The notes below the pieces were generated by a model that saw only the letters and a list, made by a program, of their open reading frames with translations, did not search any database and was not told the DNA's origin. Of a DNA stretch of 64,000 nt, positions 24,316 through 32,283 are shown in pieces. The position numbers and the translations under genes were made by a program. Within the stretch, counting starts at the first letter, position 1; each line of letters begins with the position of its first letter. Origin of the DNA: Candidatus Caccopulliclostridium gallistercoris (GTDB taxonomy: Bacteria > Bacillota > Clostridia > Christensenellales > UBA1242); contig DVOJ01000004.1 in the NCBI GenBank assembly GCA_018713725.1, forward strand, positions 19,881-83,880, written 5' to 3'.

Positions 24316-25635
24316 ATGAGAAAACGTGACGGGAAAAAGAATGTAAAAATTAGAGCTCCTAGGAAAGCCGAGGAGCCTTTTTCTCGTGAAGAAAACGTGG
24401 AAACAGCCACTTTAACGGAAGAAGAAGTAAAAGAAATAATAGAAAAACAAGAAAATGACCAAAATCAGATAGACGAAGCAGAGCAAACCGTTGCCAAACA
24501 AAAGAGTAAAAAGAAAAAAATTTGGAACTTAATTTTCTTTTTAATAAACATAGCTGTAGTTGTGGGTATTTTAGTTTATCAACTTTTAACACAAGAAGTT
24601 ATGCCGCTTTCTACGCTATTTAATAGTGGTTTTAATTTTTGGTTTCTAGTGTTAACGCTTTTTATCTTTGCTTTAACAATGTTTACGGAAACTTTTAGAA
24701 CAAGCATTTTAATTAATCATACGTCGGGGAAATGGCGACCTTTTTTAAGTTATAAAGTTTCTGCGGTGGGAAGATACTACGATGTAATTACTCCTTTGGC
24801 AACAGGAGGAGAACCTTTTCAAATTTTATATTTAAAAAATAGAGGGCTTAGTGTATCCTCTGCAATATCTGTGCCAATGGGCAGATACGTACTTTGCCAG
24901 CTGGCTAGCATTTTAATGTCTACAATAGTGTTGATTCTAGCCGCTACCACGGATATAGTGGGCGGAGTTAACGTAATTTCCGTAGCTTTCTATATTGGCT
25001 ATGCTATAAATACGGCAATATGTTTGGTAACAATATTTTTGTCTATAAGCAAAAAAGTTGGTGCAAAACTTGTTGCATGGGCTTTAAAGTTTTTAAAGAA
25101 AATAAAAATTGTTAAAAATTATGATAAACAATACAATAAAGTTTTAAAAGTTGTATCAGACTATCAAAACACAATGCAGGAATTTGCTAAATCTAAGTGG
25201 AAATTCGTGCTACTTGCTTTAATTTCAATAATTCAATACATTTTGCAATACGCTATACCATTTGGAATTGTATGTTTGTTCCTAGGCTGGCGCCCAGACC
25301 TATTTTTACAGGTGTTTATTATGGGCGTTATGATTGATATGGCAGCAAGCTTTATTCCAATACCGGGCGGCTCTGGTGTTAGTGAACTTTCATTCACGGC
25401 GCTATTTGCCTCGTTATTTACAGAAGGTACACTTTTCTGGGCGCTAATACTATGGCGTTTTATGAGCTATTACATCTACATTATTCAAGGCATTGTAATT
25501 ATAATGTACGACTATTTTATTGGAAACAAAAAATACAGCTGGCTCAAACGTAAATGGGAGCTTGAAGCAGAGAGTGCAGAGTTTAGAGAGCAAAAGCTTA
25601 GGAATTATCAGCGCAGTAAAAATAAATTAATTTAG
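24316..25635 (+). CDS. Flippase-like / lysylphosphatidylglycerol-synthase transmembrane-region family (UPF0104) membrane protein with a charged N-terminal tail
   Basis: Multiple TM helices. TPLATGGEPFQILYLKNRG is the hallmark loop of this family. Confidence 0.65.
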   Translation: MRKRDGKKNVKIRAPRKAEEPFSREENVETATLTEEEVKEIIEKQENDQNQIDEAEQTVAKQKSKKKKIWNLIFFLINIAVVVGILVYQLLTQEVMPLSTLFNSGFNFWFLVLTLFIFALTMFTETFRTSILINHTSGKWRPFLSYKVSAVGRYYDVITPLATGGEPFQILYLKNRGLSVSSAISVPMGRYVLCQLASILMSTIVLILAATTDIVGGVNVISVAFYIGYAINTAICLVTIFLSISKKVGAKLVAWALKFLKKIKIVKNYDKQYNKVLKVVSDYQNTMQEFAKSKWKFVLLALISIIQYILQYAIPFGIVCLFLGWRPDLFLQVFIMGVMIDMAASFIPIPGGSGVSELSFTALFASLFTEGTLFWALILWRFMSYYIYIIQGIVIIMYDYFIGNKKYSWLKRKWELEAESAEFREQKLRNYQRSKNKLI

Positions 25636-25661
25636 GCTTAAAAAGTTTTTAAGCCTTTTTT
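25634..25661 (+). terminator. Rho-independent terminator
   Basis: aggcttaaaaa-g-tttttaagcct followed by ttttt. Confidence 0.85.
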
Positions 25662-26306
25662 ATGTTTATTTTAATATTTTTAGCAAATAATTTTAGTATG
25701 CAAGAAGAAATAAAGGCGTTTCCAAAAAGAAATGAAAAATTATCCACTAAAACTAAGTGGTTTATTTTTGTAATAGTAGTTTTAAGTGTGCTGCTTTTAA
25801 TTGAATCCGCTTTTTTACTAACAGAATATTTAAAACAGCGTGTGAGTATACCGGGGAACATTCCATTAGGTACAGAAGTTACTGTAAATTTAAACTCCGA
25901 AGGCGCTTTTGCAGCCGCTATAACCTACGACGGCTCCAATATTCCGGGTGCAAGTGTTAAACAGGTTATAAAAATGAGTTTGCCGCTTGAAAGTGAAACT
26001 GCTGTGGTAAGAGCTAAGGTTTTTACATGTGATGAAGGTGGAAATATTTCCGAAATTCCAGTAACTGTTGCAAGCGAAGTTTGGCTTAAACAAGGGGAAT
26101 ACTATTATTATAACGACATACTTTCCGCCGGCGTTACTACGAATTTTAGCCAAAGCATAACGCTTCCTACAAGTGAAGATTTTTTTAATGCAGAAAAATA
26201 TTATGAAATAATTGTAGTGTTTGAAACACTGCTTTATAATTCTGGAACGTACGATGTGGGCGAAATTTGGACAAATCTTCCAGAGAATTGGCTAACTAAT
26301 GTTTAA
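25662..26306 (+). CDS. Hypothetical membrane-anchored extracytoplasmic protein (start uncertain: 25662 or 25698)
   Basis: One TM helix (WFIFVIVVLSVLLLIESAFLL) followed by a roughly 150-aa domain. No family recognised. Confidence 0.45.
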   Translation: MFILIFLANNFSMQEEIKAFPKRNEKLSTKTKWFIFVIVVLSVLLLIESAFLLTEYLKQRVSIPGNIPLGTEVTVNLNSEGAFAAAITYDGSNIPGASVKQVIKMSLPLESETAVVRAKVFTCDEGGNISEIPVTVASEVWLKQGEYYYYNDILSAGVTTNFSQSITLPTSEDFFNAEKYYEIIVVFETLLYNSGTYDVGEIWTNLPENWLTNV

Positions 26307-26312
26307 AATTAG

Positions 26313-26341
26313 TGGACAAATTTTTTTTAATATATTAAAAT
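26313..26341 (+). promoter_or_regulatory. Promoter TGGACA-17-TAAAAT ending 7 nt before ATG 26349 (leaderless candidate)
   Basis: tggaca at 26313-26318, taaaat at 26336-26341. No SD. Confidence 0.45.
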
Positions 26342-26348
26342 TTATTAT

Positions 26349-26849
26349 ATGGAAAAAATAAAAGATAAAAAAAGTTTAAGTGTAAAACCATCTAAAAATA
26401 AGAAAAAGCCTAATGTTGACGAGCTTAACGTTTTACTAGACGCAGAAGCTGTAGATTTAACTCCGCTTGAAAAATTGGAGCAAGAAGTGGGCAGTCAGCC
26501 AGAAAGCGCTAATGCTGAAAACGTAGAAGTAAAAGAAACTAAAAAGCGCGGAAGAAAGAAAAAGGAAGTAGCGGCTGAAAGCGATACTGAAAAAGTAGCC
26601 ACTGAAGAAGAAAAGAAAGAAGATAAAGCCGAGGTGGAAGAGAGCGCCGAAGAAGACAAAGAAAAAGAAGGGAAAGAAAATAAAAAAGAAAAGCCCAAGA
26701 AAAAGGTTAAAGAACCTATTCCGGGCGACATTGACGCTAAACCTTGGAAGATACTTTTCTTTGTAACTTTGGGCGTGGTTGGCGTTTTCTTAATTTTATT
26801 AATTATTTTAATAGTTATGTTAAACACGCCACCTACAAATATATTTTAA
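26349..26849 (+). CDS. Lys/Glu-rich low-complexity protein with a C-terminal TM anchor
   Basis: About 135 aa of K/E-rich sequence, then WKILFFVTLGVVGVFLILLIILIVML. Confidence 0.5.
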   Translation: MEKIKDKKSLSVKPSKNKKKPNVDELNVLLDAEAVDLTPLEKLEQEVGSQPESANAENVEVKETKKRGRKKKEVAAESDTEKVATEEEKKEDKAEVEESAEEDKEKEGKENKKEKPKKKVKEPIPGDIDAKPWKILFFVTLGVVGVFLILLIILIVMLNTPPTNIF

Positions 26850-27922
26850 TTAATTAAACTTCTGTTGCTATAATCGTAAACTATGCTTGTATCAAATAGA
26901 GGCAGAAGGGAAGTTTTTCTGTTTTTTAAAGTAAAACCGTCTATCACTTTTCTATCCATGAAAAGTGATTTTTCTTTTATATTTTTATTAAACGGCATAT
27001 AGCTGTAAAATTGTTGCATTCCAACGCCGCAAAATAGTTTAAAACCATATTCTTCTAAAAGTTTATGTTTTTTAGACAAATTCCCAAAATCGTCTACCAT
27101 TTCCCATTCGCCATAAGGGTAAACGTAAATTTGCGTTTCTCCTACAATAGGTTTAACTTCTGCGTCCCAGCTTTCAAGCTCTTTTTTAAAAGCTTCCACG
27201 GAGATCTTTTTCATGTGATAGTGTCCGTAGGAATGTGACGCAAAAGTCCAGCCGTTATTTTTAAGTTTGTTTACAACTTCTTGTGCCTTTTCTATTTCAG
27301 ATTCTCTATTTTTGGTGTTACTTTTTTGCGTTCTATAACCAAGAATGCCATCGTAGCCCGTTAAGTTTAAAGTGCCTTTTGCGCCGTCTATGGAAAAATC
27401 TGGGTGTTTTTCAATAAAATCTTCCATTATACAAACAAATTCTCTGTCGTAAGTAATTTTATCTTCGCCGTTTATGTTCGTAAGCTCGGCAATATTTCCG
27501 TTTTCATCTAAAATAAGTTTATCTATCATGCCAAGGTGTAGTTTTTTATGGTCGTAGTTTACGTCGTCAAAAGAAAATATTATAGGCTTTTTGCCTTTTG
27601 GCATTTTTATTTTATTTTTAACTGCCTTACCATTTTCAACTTTAAAACATTTATTGATGTCTACCAAGGCATAACCGTTTTTATATAGCTCTTTTAAAAT
27701 GCTTTTAAATTCTAAGTGAGTAATACAATCTTGGTTATAATGCAGGCTCATTTCGTTATTTTTTGAAAGCGCAATTTCCGGGTAGGCGAGAAGACAATGC
27801 GTGAACAAATGATCAACGCTAGCTGTATAGTAGTAGTTATCTTCTGCCTTTGCAAAGTTAAAATTTCCGCAAAATAGGATAAAAATGAATAAAAAACTTA
27901 AAAATATAACAATTTTTTTCAT
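26846..27922 (-). CDS. Secreted polysaccharide deacetylase-family (CE4-like) protein
   Basis: Signal peptide MKKIVIFLSFLFIFILFCG. FSFDDVNYD and FASHSYGHYHM motifs. Confidence 0.65.
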   Translation of the reverse strand: MKKIVIFLSFLFIFILFCGNFNFAKAEDNYYYTASVDHLFTHCLLAYPEIALSKNNEMSLHYNQDCITHLEFKSILKELYKNGYALVDINKCFKVENGKAVKNKIKMPKGKKPIIFSFDDVNYDHKKLHLGMIDKLILDENGNIAELTNINGEDKITYDREFVCIMEDFIEKHPDFSIDGAKGTLNLTGYDGILGYRTQKSNTKNRESEIEKAQEVVNKLKNNGWTFASHSYGHYHMKKISVEAFKKELESWDAEVKPIVGETQIYVYPYGEWEMVDDFGNLSKKHKLLEEYGFKLFCGVGMQQFYSYMPFNKNIKEKSLFMDRKVIDGFTLKNRKTSLLPLFDTSIVYDYSNRSLIN

Positions 27923-28047
27923 ATTTTTATTATTAATTATTATTTTAAAATTATACGTTTTATTATTCGATTTATTTAGACATATTTCTTTTAAACCCGC
28001 ATTTGAAGTTTTATAGTATTCTGATAAACTATCGTTAGGAGAAAAAT

Positions 28048-29190
28048 ATGGAAATTTTTTATAAACAAGATGCTATTAATAAACTTTCTGAAATTTTAAA
28101 GAAAAATTACTATTGTAAAAACGTGCTTGTTATGATATCTAAGGGAGTAAAAGATAAAATTTTGCCAAGTATTGTTAATGAATTAAATATGGCAGAAAAC
28201 CCTTTTAAAGTGAATGATGAAAGGGGAGAGTTTGATTTAGTTATTGCGGTAGGTGGTGGGAATATTTGTAATAATGCTAAAATTTATTGCAAAGAGCGTA
28301 GTTTAGATTTAATTGTAGTTCCAACGGCGCCCACTAGCACTATATTTTTTAGCGACGAGTGCTATAAATTAAACTTAAACACCATTGAAGTGGTTAAAGG
28401 CGTAAGCCCAAAGTACGCTATTGTAGATGAAAAGATAATTCAAGCAGCACCGCTATATCTAGCTAAACGTGGTTTTTTGTTTGGACTATCTTTTAATGAA
28501 ATTCTCTACGAAAAGGAAATATATAATTTACTTTTTAATAGCTTTGAAAATATAGAAGATTTAAAATACTTACTTATAACCTTAGAAAACGGCGCCATGA
28601 AACTTGCATCGGGCGAGCGAGAAGGCAAGCTTGAAGTTATGGATTTTATGATAGAAGTGGCAAAGTTAAATTTAGATATTACTGCTATAATTTCTCTTGC
28701 ACATCTTTTAAGTTTGTCTGACAATTTTGCAAGCGAAAATATTTTAATTAGAAAATATAAAAAATTATCAGAACAAAATAAAAATTTAAATTTAAATTAT
28801 TTAATTGCAGCTGATTTATTAATTTCAACTTTTAAAGAAATGTTTTCTCTTAAAAAAATAGAACCAAAAATATTTCCAAGTATACAAAAATTGCAAAAAA
28901 AATTAAATAATTTTAATATTTTAGTAGGAAAAATTAAAAATTTAGCGTTTTTTGACAAAATTATTGAAAATAAAGAGTTATTTTTAAAAATAAACGTAAT
29001 AAAGCATAGATGCTACTATTTAGCTGAAATTTATAAAGATAGAATAAAAAATTCCATTAAAAAAATAATTAATATTTCTCCGGAAATTCCGGATATAGAC
29101 GTTTGCTTTAATGCAATAAGTGTTATACCAATTTTAGATAATAAAAATTTGCTTGTGAATATGCTATCTTGCGTAGGTATTTTAGATTAA
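28048..29190 (+). CDS. Divergent iron-containing alcohol dehydrogenase / glycerol-1-phosphate dehydrogenase-superfamily protein
   Basis: DLVIAVGGGNICNNAKIY (GGG nucleotide loop) then VVPTAPTS. The C-terminal half is very AT-rich and divergent. Confidence 0.4.
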   Translation: MEIFYKQDAINKLSEILKKNYYCKNVLVMISKGVKDKILPSIVNELNMAENPFKVNDERGEFDLVIAVGGGNICNNAKIYCKERSLDLIVVPTAPTSTIFFSDECYKLNLNTIEVVKGVSPKYAIVDEKIIQAAPLYLAKRGFLFGLSFNEILYEKEIYNLLFNSFENIEDLKYLLITLENGAMKLASGEREGKLEVMDFMIEVAKLNLDITAIISLAHLLSLSDNFASENILIRKYKKLSEQNKNLNLNYLIAADLLISTFKEMFSLKKIEPKIFPSIQKLQKKLNNFNILVGKIKNLAFFDKIIENKELFLKINVIKHRCYYLAEIYKDRIKNSIKKIINISPEIPDIDVCFNAISVIPILDNKNLLVNMLSCVGILD

Positions 29191-29226
29191 GGTTTAAAAA
29201 ATAAAAATGCTGTCTAAAATATTTAT

Positions 29227-29685
29227 GTGAAGAAGTTTTTGGTTTTTATTTTTTTACTTTTTATAGTTGCGGTTTGCTCTTTTGGTAGCGGCTACAAATT
29301 TTTAAGGTTAGAAAAAAGCGCTAAAATAGAACTATTTGTAACAAACATTAGCGCGTCGCTTAATGAAGACTTTATAAAAAACGGCGAGGGTTATATTGTT
29401 CATACAAACAACTTAAAACTAGAAGATACATTAAAAAATGTTTCCGGCGTGTATGGCGTAAGCTATTTGCTTGAAGGGGGCGTAGAAGATTATGAAGGTT
29501 TAAAAAACAAAGTTAAAGTTCAAAACGTTCAAGAAAGTGAAAACATTTGCACATTTTACGGGTTTTTAAGTGGCTTCGATAAATTTACGTACATAGATGG
29601 GAAAAAGGTAAACGTTCAAATAGCTTATAATAGTGAAAATAGCAGGCTTATTATAGGTTTTCCAATAATTTTAGGTTCTTATTAA
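29227..29685 (+). CDS. Hypothetical secreted/anchored protein (152 aa, GTG start)
   Basis: N-terminal hydrophobic segment FLVFIFLLFIVAVCSFG. No family recognised. Confidence 0.45.
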   Translation: MKKFLVFIFLLFIVAVCSFGSGYKFLRLEKSAKIELFVTNISASLNEDFIKNGEGYIVHTNNLKLEDTLKNVSGVYGVSYLLEGGVEDYEGLKNKVKVQNVQESENICTFYGFLSGFDKFTYIDGKKVNVQIAYNSENSRLIIGFPIILGSY

Positions 29686-29739
29686 AATTTAAGGTTTAAA
29701 GTTTTAAATTTGTGTCAAAACTATTTTCGGGAGGAAATT

Positions 29740-30327
29740 ATGAACAAATTTAAACTTTTCATGAAAAAGTATGGCTACTATTGCATGGTGGGTGTGCTTG
29801 TAATTGCGCTTGGCATAACCATAGGAATAGCAGCTGGAACAGAAGATAACACGTTAAACACAAACCCTGCTGATAACCCTGTAATTAGCGTAACTAATCC
29901 AGAAGTTTTAACCTTTACTTTGCCAATGGAAAACCCAAGCATTATTAAGGATTTCTCTGGAGAAGATATCGTGTTTAACTCTAGCGTAGGTTGGTGGGAG
30001 ACCCACGAAGGTATGGATTTAACTTCAGAAAATTCCTTGGTGTTTGCAATTGCAGACGGCGAAGTACTATCCGTTGTTGACGACCAGTTAGAAGGAACTA
30101 AGATAGTTATCGAACATACAAATGGTCTTCAAAGCGTATATAGCTCGCTTGATAGCACAGACATCAAAGTTCAAGTTGGAGACAAGGTTTCCATGGGTGA
30201 CCAGTTAGGCGTAGCTAGCACAAGCGCAAGCAACGAAAGTTTAACAGGTGCACATCTTCACTTTGAGCTTATTGAAGATGGAACAAAAATAGACCCAAAC
30301 AACTATTTAGAACTAGAACCTAAGTAA
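29740..30327 (+). CDS. Membrane-anchored M23 metallopeptidase (SpoIIQ-like by position upstream of spoIIID)
   Basis: Start at ATG 29740 (SD gggagg). TM helix, then HEGMDL (HxxxD) and GAHLHFEL (HxH). Confidence 0.75.
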   Translation: MNKFKLFMKKYGYYCMVGVLVIALGITIGIAAGTEDNTLNTNPADNPVISVTNPEVLTFTLPMENPSIIKDFSGEDIVFNSSVGWWETHEGMDLTSENSLVFAIADGEVLSVVDDQLEGTKIVIEHTNGLQSVYSSLDSTDIKVQVGDKVSMGDQLGVASTSASNESLTGAHLHFELIEDGTKIDPNNYLELEPK

Positions 30328-30374
30328 AAAGTGCGGCATTTTCCCGCATTTTTTATTTTGTCATTAATTTATTG

Positions 30375-30403
30375 TTGATTTCATATTTATATTGTGATAT
30401 AAT
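30375..30403 (+). promoter_or_regulatory. Promoter TTGATT-17-TATAAT (TG-extended) for acpP
   Basis: ttgatt at 30375-30380, tgtgatataat ending at 30403. Confidence 0.55.
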
Positions 30404-30428
30404 AGGGTGATTTTGTAAGGAGGATAAA

Positions 30429-30656
30429 ATGGTTGAAGAAAAAGTTAAATCTCTTATTGCATCACAACTAAACATTCCTGTTGAGAAGGTTGAAGATAGT
30501 TCTAGACTTGTTGAAGACTTGGGGGCTGACTCACTAGATATAGTTGAAATGTTAATGACTCTTGAAGAGGAATTTGGCATTAGCATACCAGACGAAGAAA
30601 CAGCCAACATGAAAACTGTTGCTGAGATTGTTAAAGTAATAGAAAGTAAACAATAA
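30429..30656 (+). CDS. acpP: Acyl carrier protein
   Basis: LGADSLDIVEMLMTLEEEFG with the phosphopantetheine-attachment Ser. 75 aa. Confidence 0.93.
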   Translation: MVEEKVKSLIASQLNIPVEKVEDSSRLVEDLGADSLDIVEMLMTLEEEFGISIPDEETANMKTVAEIVKVIESKQ

Positions 30657-30661
30657 TATAT

Positions 30662-30686
30662 AAAGCCGCAAAATATTTGCGGCTTT
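30662..30686 (+). terminator. acpP-proximal terminator-like hairpin, copy 1 (short T-run only)
   Basis: aaagccgcaaa-atat-ttgcggcttt. The 23-nt core is repeated at 30952-30974. Confidence 0.5.
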
Positions 30687-30950
30687 CAGACTGCCCAAAA
30701 CTGCGCGACCGAAAAATTCTTTGAATTTTTCTTGCTGCGTTTACTGTAAAACGCCTAAAAAGAGGCTTAAGGAAACTAAACTCCTGCTTTTGCGTCAAAA
30801 GCTACACTAAATATGAATTTTGCAAAGCAAAATATCATACTAACGCTCGCTTTTTCCTTATCCCCAAAAATCAAAGTATTTTTGGGGACCCCGAGCCGAG
30901 CCTTGCCTCGCTCGGTTAAATGAACAGTCTGATTAATTTATCTACAAGCT
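30687..30950. repeat. 264-bp multi-hairpin insert between duplicated terminator copies (MITE-like element or structured 3'-UTR RNA)
   Basis: Ends cagactg...cagtctg (7-bp inverted). Internal hairpins at 30711-30731, gcgttt/aaacgc, gctttt/aaaagc and attttgc/gcaaaat, the family hairpin at 30862-30887, and ccgagc/gctcgg. Confidence 0.45.
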
Positions 30951-30977
30951 GAGCCGCAAAATATTTGCGGCTTTTTT
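30951..30977 (+). terminator. Terminator hairpin copy 2, with a full T-run
   Basis: gagccgcaaa-atat-ttgcggc followed by tttttt. Confidence 0.75.
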
Positions 30978-30993
30978 AATGTAAATAAAAATG

Positions 30994-31022
30994 TCATATT
31001 TTGTCTAAAACTCTCATATTAT
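30994..31022 (+). promoter_or_regulatory. SigmaE-like sporulation promoter (TCATATT-14-CATATTAT)
   Basis: Matches the Bacillus sigmaE consensus pattern (ATATT - about 14 nt - CATACA-T) in front of spoIIID, a known sigmaE-regulon gene. Confidence 0.45.
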
Positions 31023-31042
31023 GATAAAAATTGGGGGTGGAC

Positions 31043-31300
31043 ATGAAAGTTGACATATCTGAGCGTGCTGTAACTTTTGCAAGACACATACTAGATTCCG
31101 GCGACACCGTACGGCAAACGGCATTTATATTTGGAATAAGTAAAAGTACGGTGCACTACGACGTTAGCCATAGGCTTAAAAAAATTGATTTTAATTTGTA
31201 TAAAAAAGTAAATAAAATACTTGAAAAAAACTTTAATGAAAAACATATTAGGGGCGGAAATTCCACTAAAAATAAATATTTAAAAATGAAGAAAAAATAG
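31043..31300 (+). CDS. spoIIID: Sporulation transcriptional regulator SpoIIID
   Basis: ERAVTFARHIL..GDTVRQTA..FGISKSTVHYDV..RL and HIRGGNSTK align with B. subtilis SpoIIID (FGVSKSTVHKDL, HLRGGEATK). Start at ATG 31043. Confidence 0.88.
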   Translation: MKVDISERAVTFARHILDSGDTVRQTAFIFGISKSTVHYDVSHRLKKIDFNLYKKVNKILEKNFNEKHIRGGNSTKNKYLKMKKK

Positions 31301-31322
31301 TAAAAAAATTCAAAATTTAATA

Positions 31323-31360
31323 AAAAATGGGCTTAAAATTCAATTTTTTGCCCATTTTTT
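31323..31360. terminator. Bidirectional hairpin terminator between convergent spoIIID and the ttcA-like gene
   Basis: aaaaaatgggc...gcccatttttt. Confidence 0.6.
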
Positions 31361-31379
31361 ATTGATTTTTCACATATTT

Positions 31380-32090
31380 TTAATTTTTTATTAAATTATA
31401 TCTTTCATAATTAATTATTCCTTCAAATAATTTTTTATTAAAATCTGGGAATATTTTATTAATTTCTATAATTATTTTTTTCATGTTTTCGCGCTCTGTT
31501 TTCCTATCTATTGGGCATGGATTTTTTAAAATTTTAAAGCCTTTGGTGTACTCTAAAATTTGGCTTTCCCATAGGTAGATAAGCGGGCGTATTAACGTTA
31601 CGTTTGTGTTAGACATATAGCTTTTTGGCTGCATAGCGTTTAGCCTATTTTCATGTTTCAAACTTAGCATAAAGGTTTCTATCATATCGTCGGCGTTGTG
31701 GGCAAGGGCAAGCTTATTGAAGCCTAGCTCTTTGCAAGTGGAACAAAGCGCTCCGCGGCGCATTTTAGCGCATAGACTGCAAGGGTTTTTCTCCTTTCTA
31801 ACGTTAAAAACAACTTCGCCTATATCCGAAGGAATTAGTTTAAATTCTATGTTATAGCTTTTGCAAAAATTTTCTAAACTTTCAGTGTCTATGTTTTTAA
31901 AACTATCTACGCATAGTGCAATTAGTGAGAACTTTCTTTTACTAAACTTTTGGTATGTGCCAAGGCAGGCGGTTAATAGCAAGCTATCTTTTCCGCCTGA
32001 AAGGCCTATTGCTACCTTGTCGCCGTCTTCAATCAAATTGAACTTTTCTATTGCTCTATGCATGGCGTTAATTGCCCTTTGAATATTCAT
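31380..32090 (-). CDS. PP-loop ATPase, tRNA 2-thiocytidine (TtcA)-family protein
   Basis: GLSGGKDS PP-loop, CSLCAKMRRG, HNADD. Confidence 0.75.
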   Translation of the reverse strand: MNIQRAINAMHRAIEKFNLIEDGDKVAIGLSGGKDSLLLTACLGTYQKFSKRKFSLIALCVDSFKNIDTESLENFCKSYNIEFKLIPSDIGEVVFNVRKEKNPCSLCAKMRRGALCSTCKELGFNKLALAHNADDMIETFMLSLKHENRLNAMQPKSYMSNTNVTLIRPLIYLWESQILEYTKGFKILKNPCPIDRKTERENMKKIIIEINKIFPDFNKKLFEGIINYERYNLIKN

Positions 32091-32177
32091 GTAAAAAGCA
32101 TACTAAATTATTGTTTAAAAATCAATATTTTTACCAAGAAAAAATTATTTAAATTTACTCAAAAGAGCATAAATAGT

Positions 32178-32206
32178 TTGACACAAAAATTGTAATTATA
32201 TATAAT
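32178..32206 (+). promoter_or_regulatory. Perfect consensus sigmaA promoter TTGACA-17-TATAAT upstream of the giant-lipoprotein operon
   Basis: ttgaca at 32178-32183, 17-nt spacer, tataat at 32201-32206. SD ggagga lies before ATG 32284. Confidence 0.7.
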
Positions 32207-32283
32207 ATAATAAAAAATCTACATTATGCGCCAAATTTTTTGATTAATAAATTTTTATTGACGCAAAATACTATGGAGGAAAT

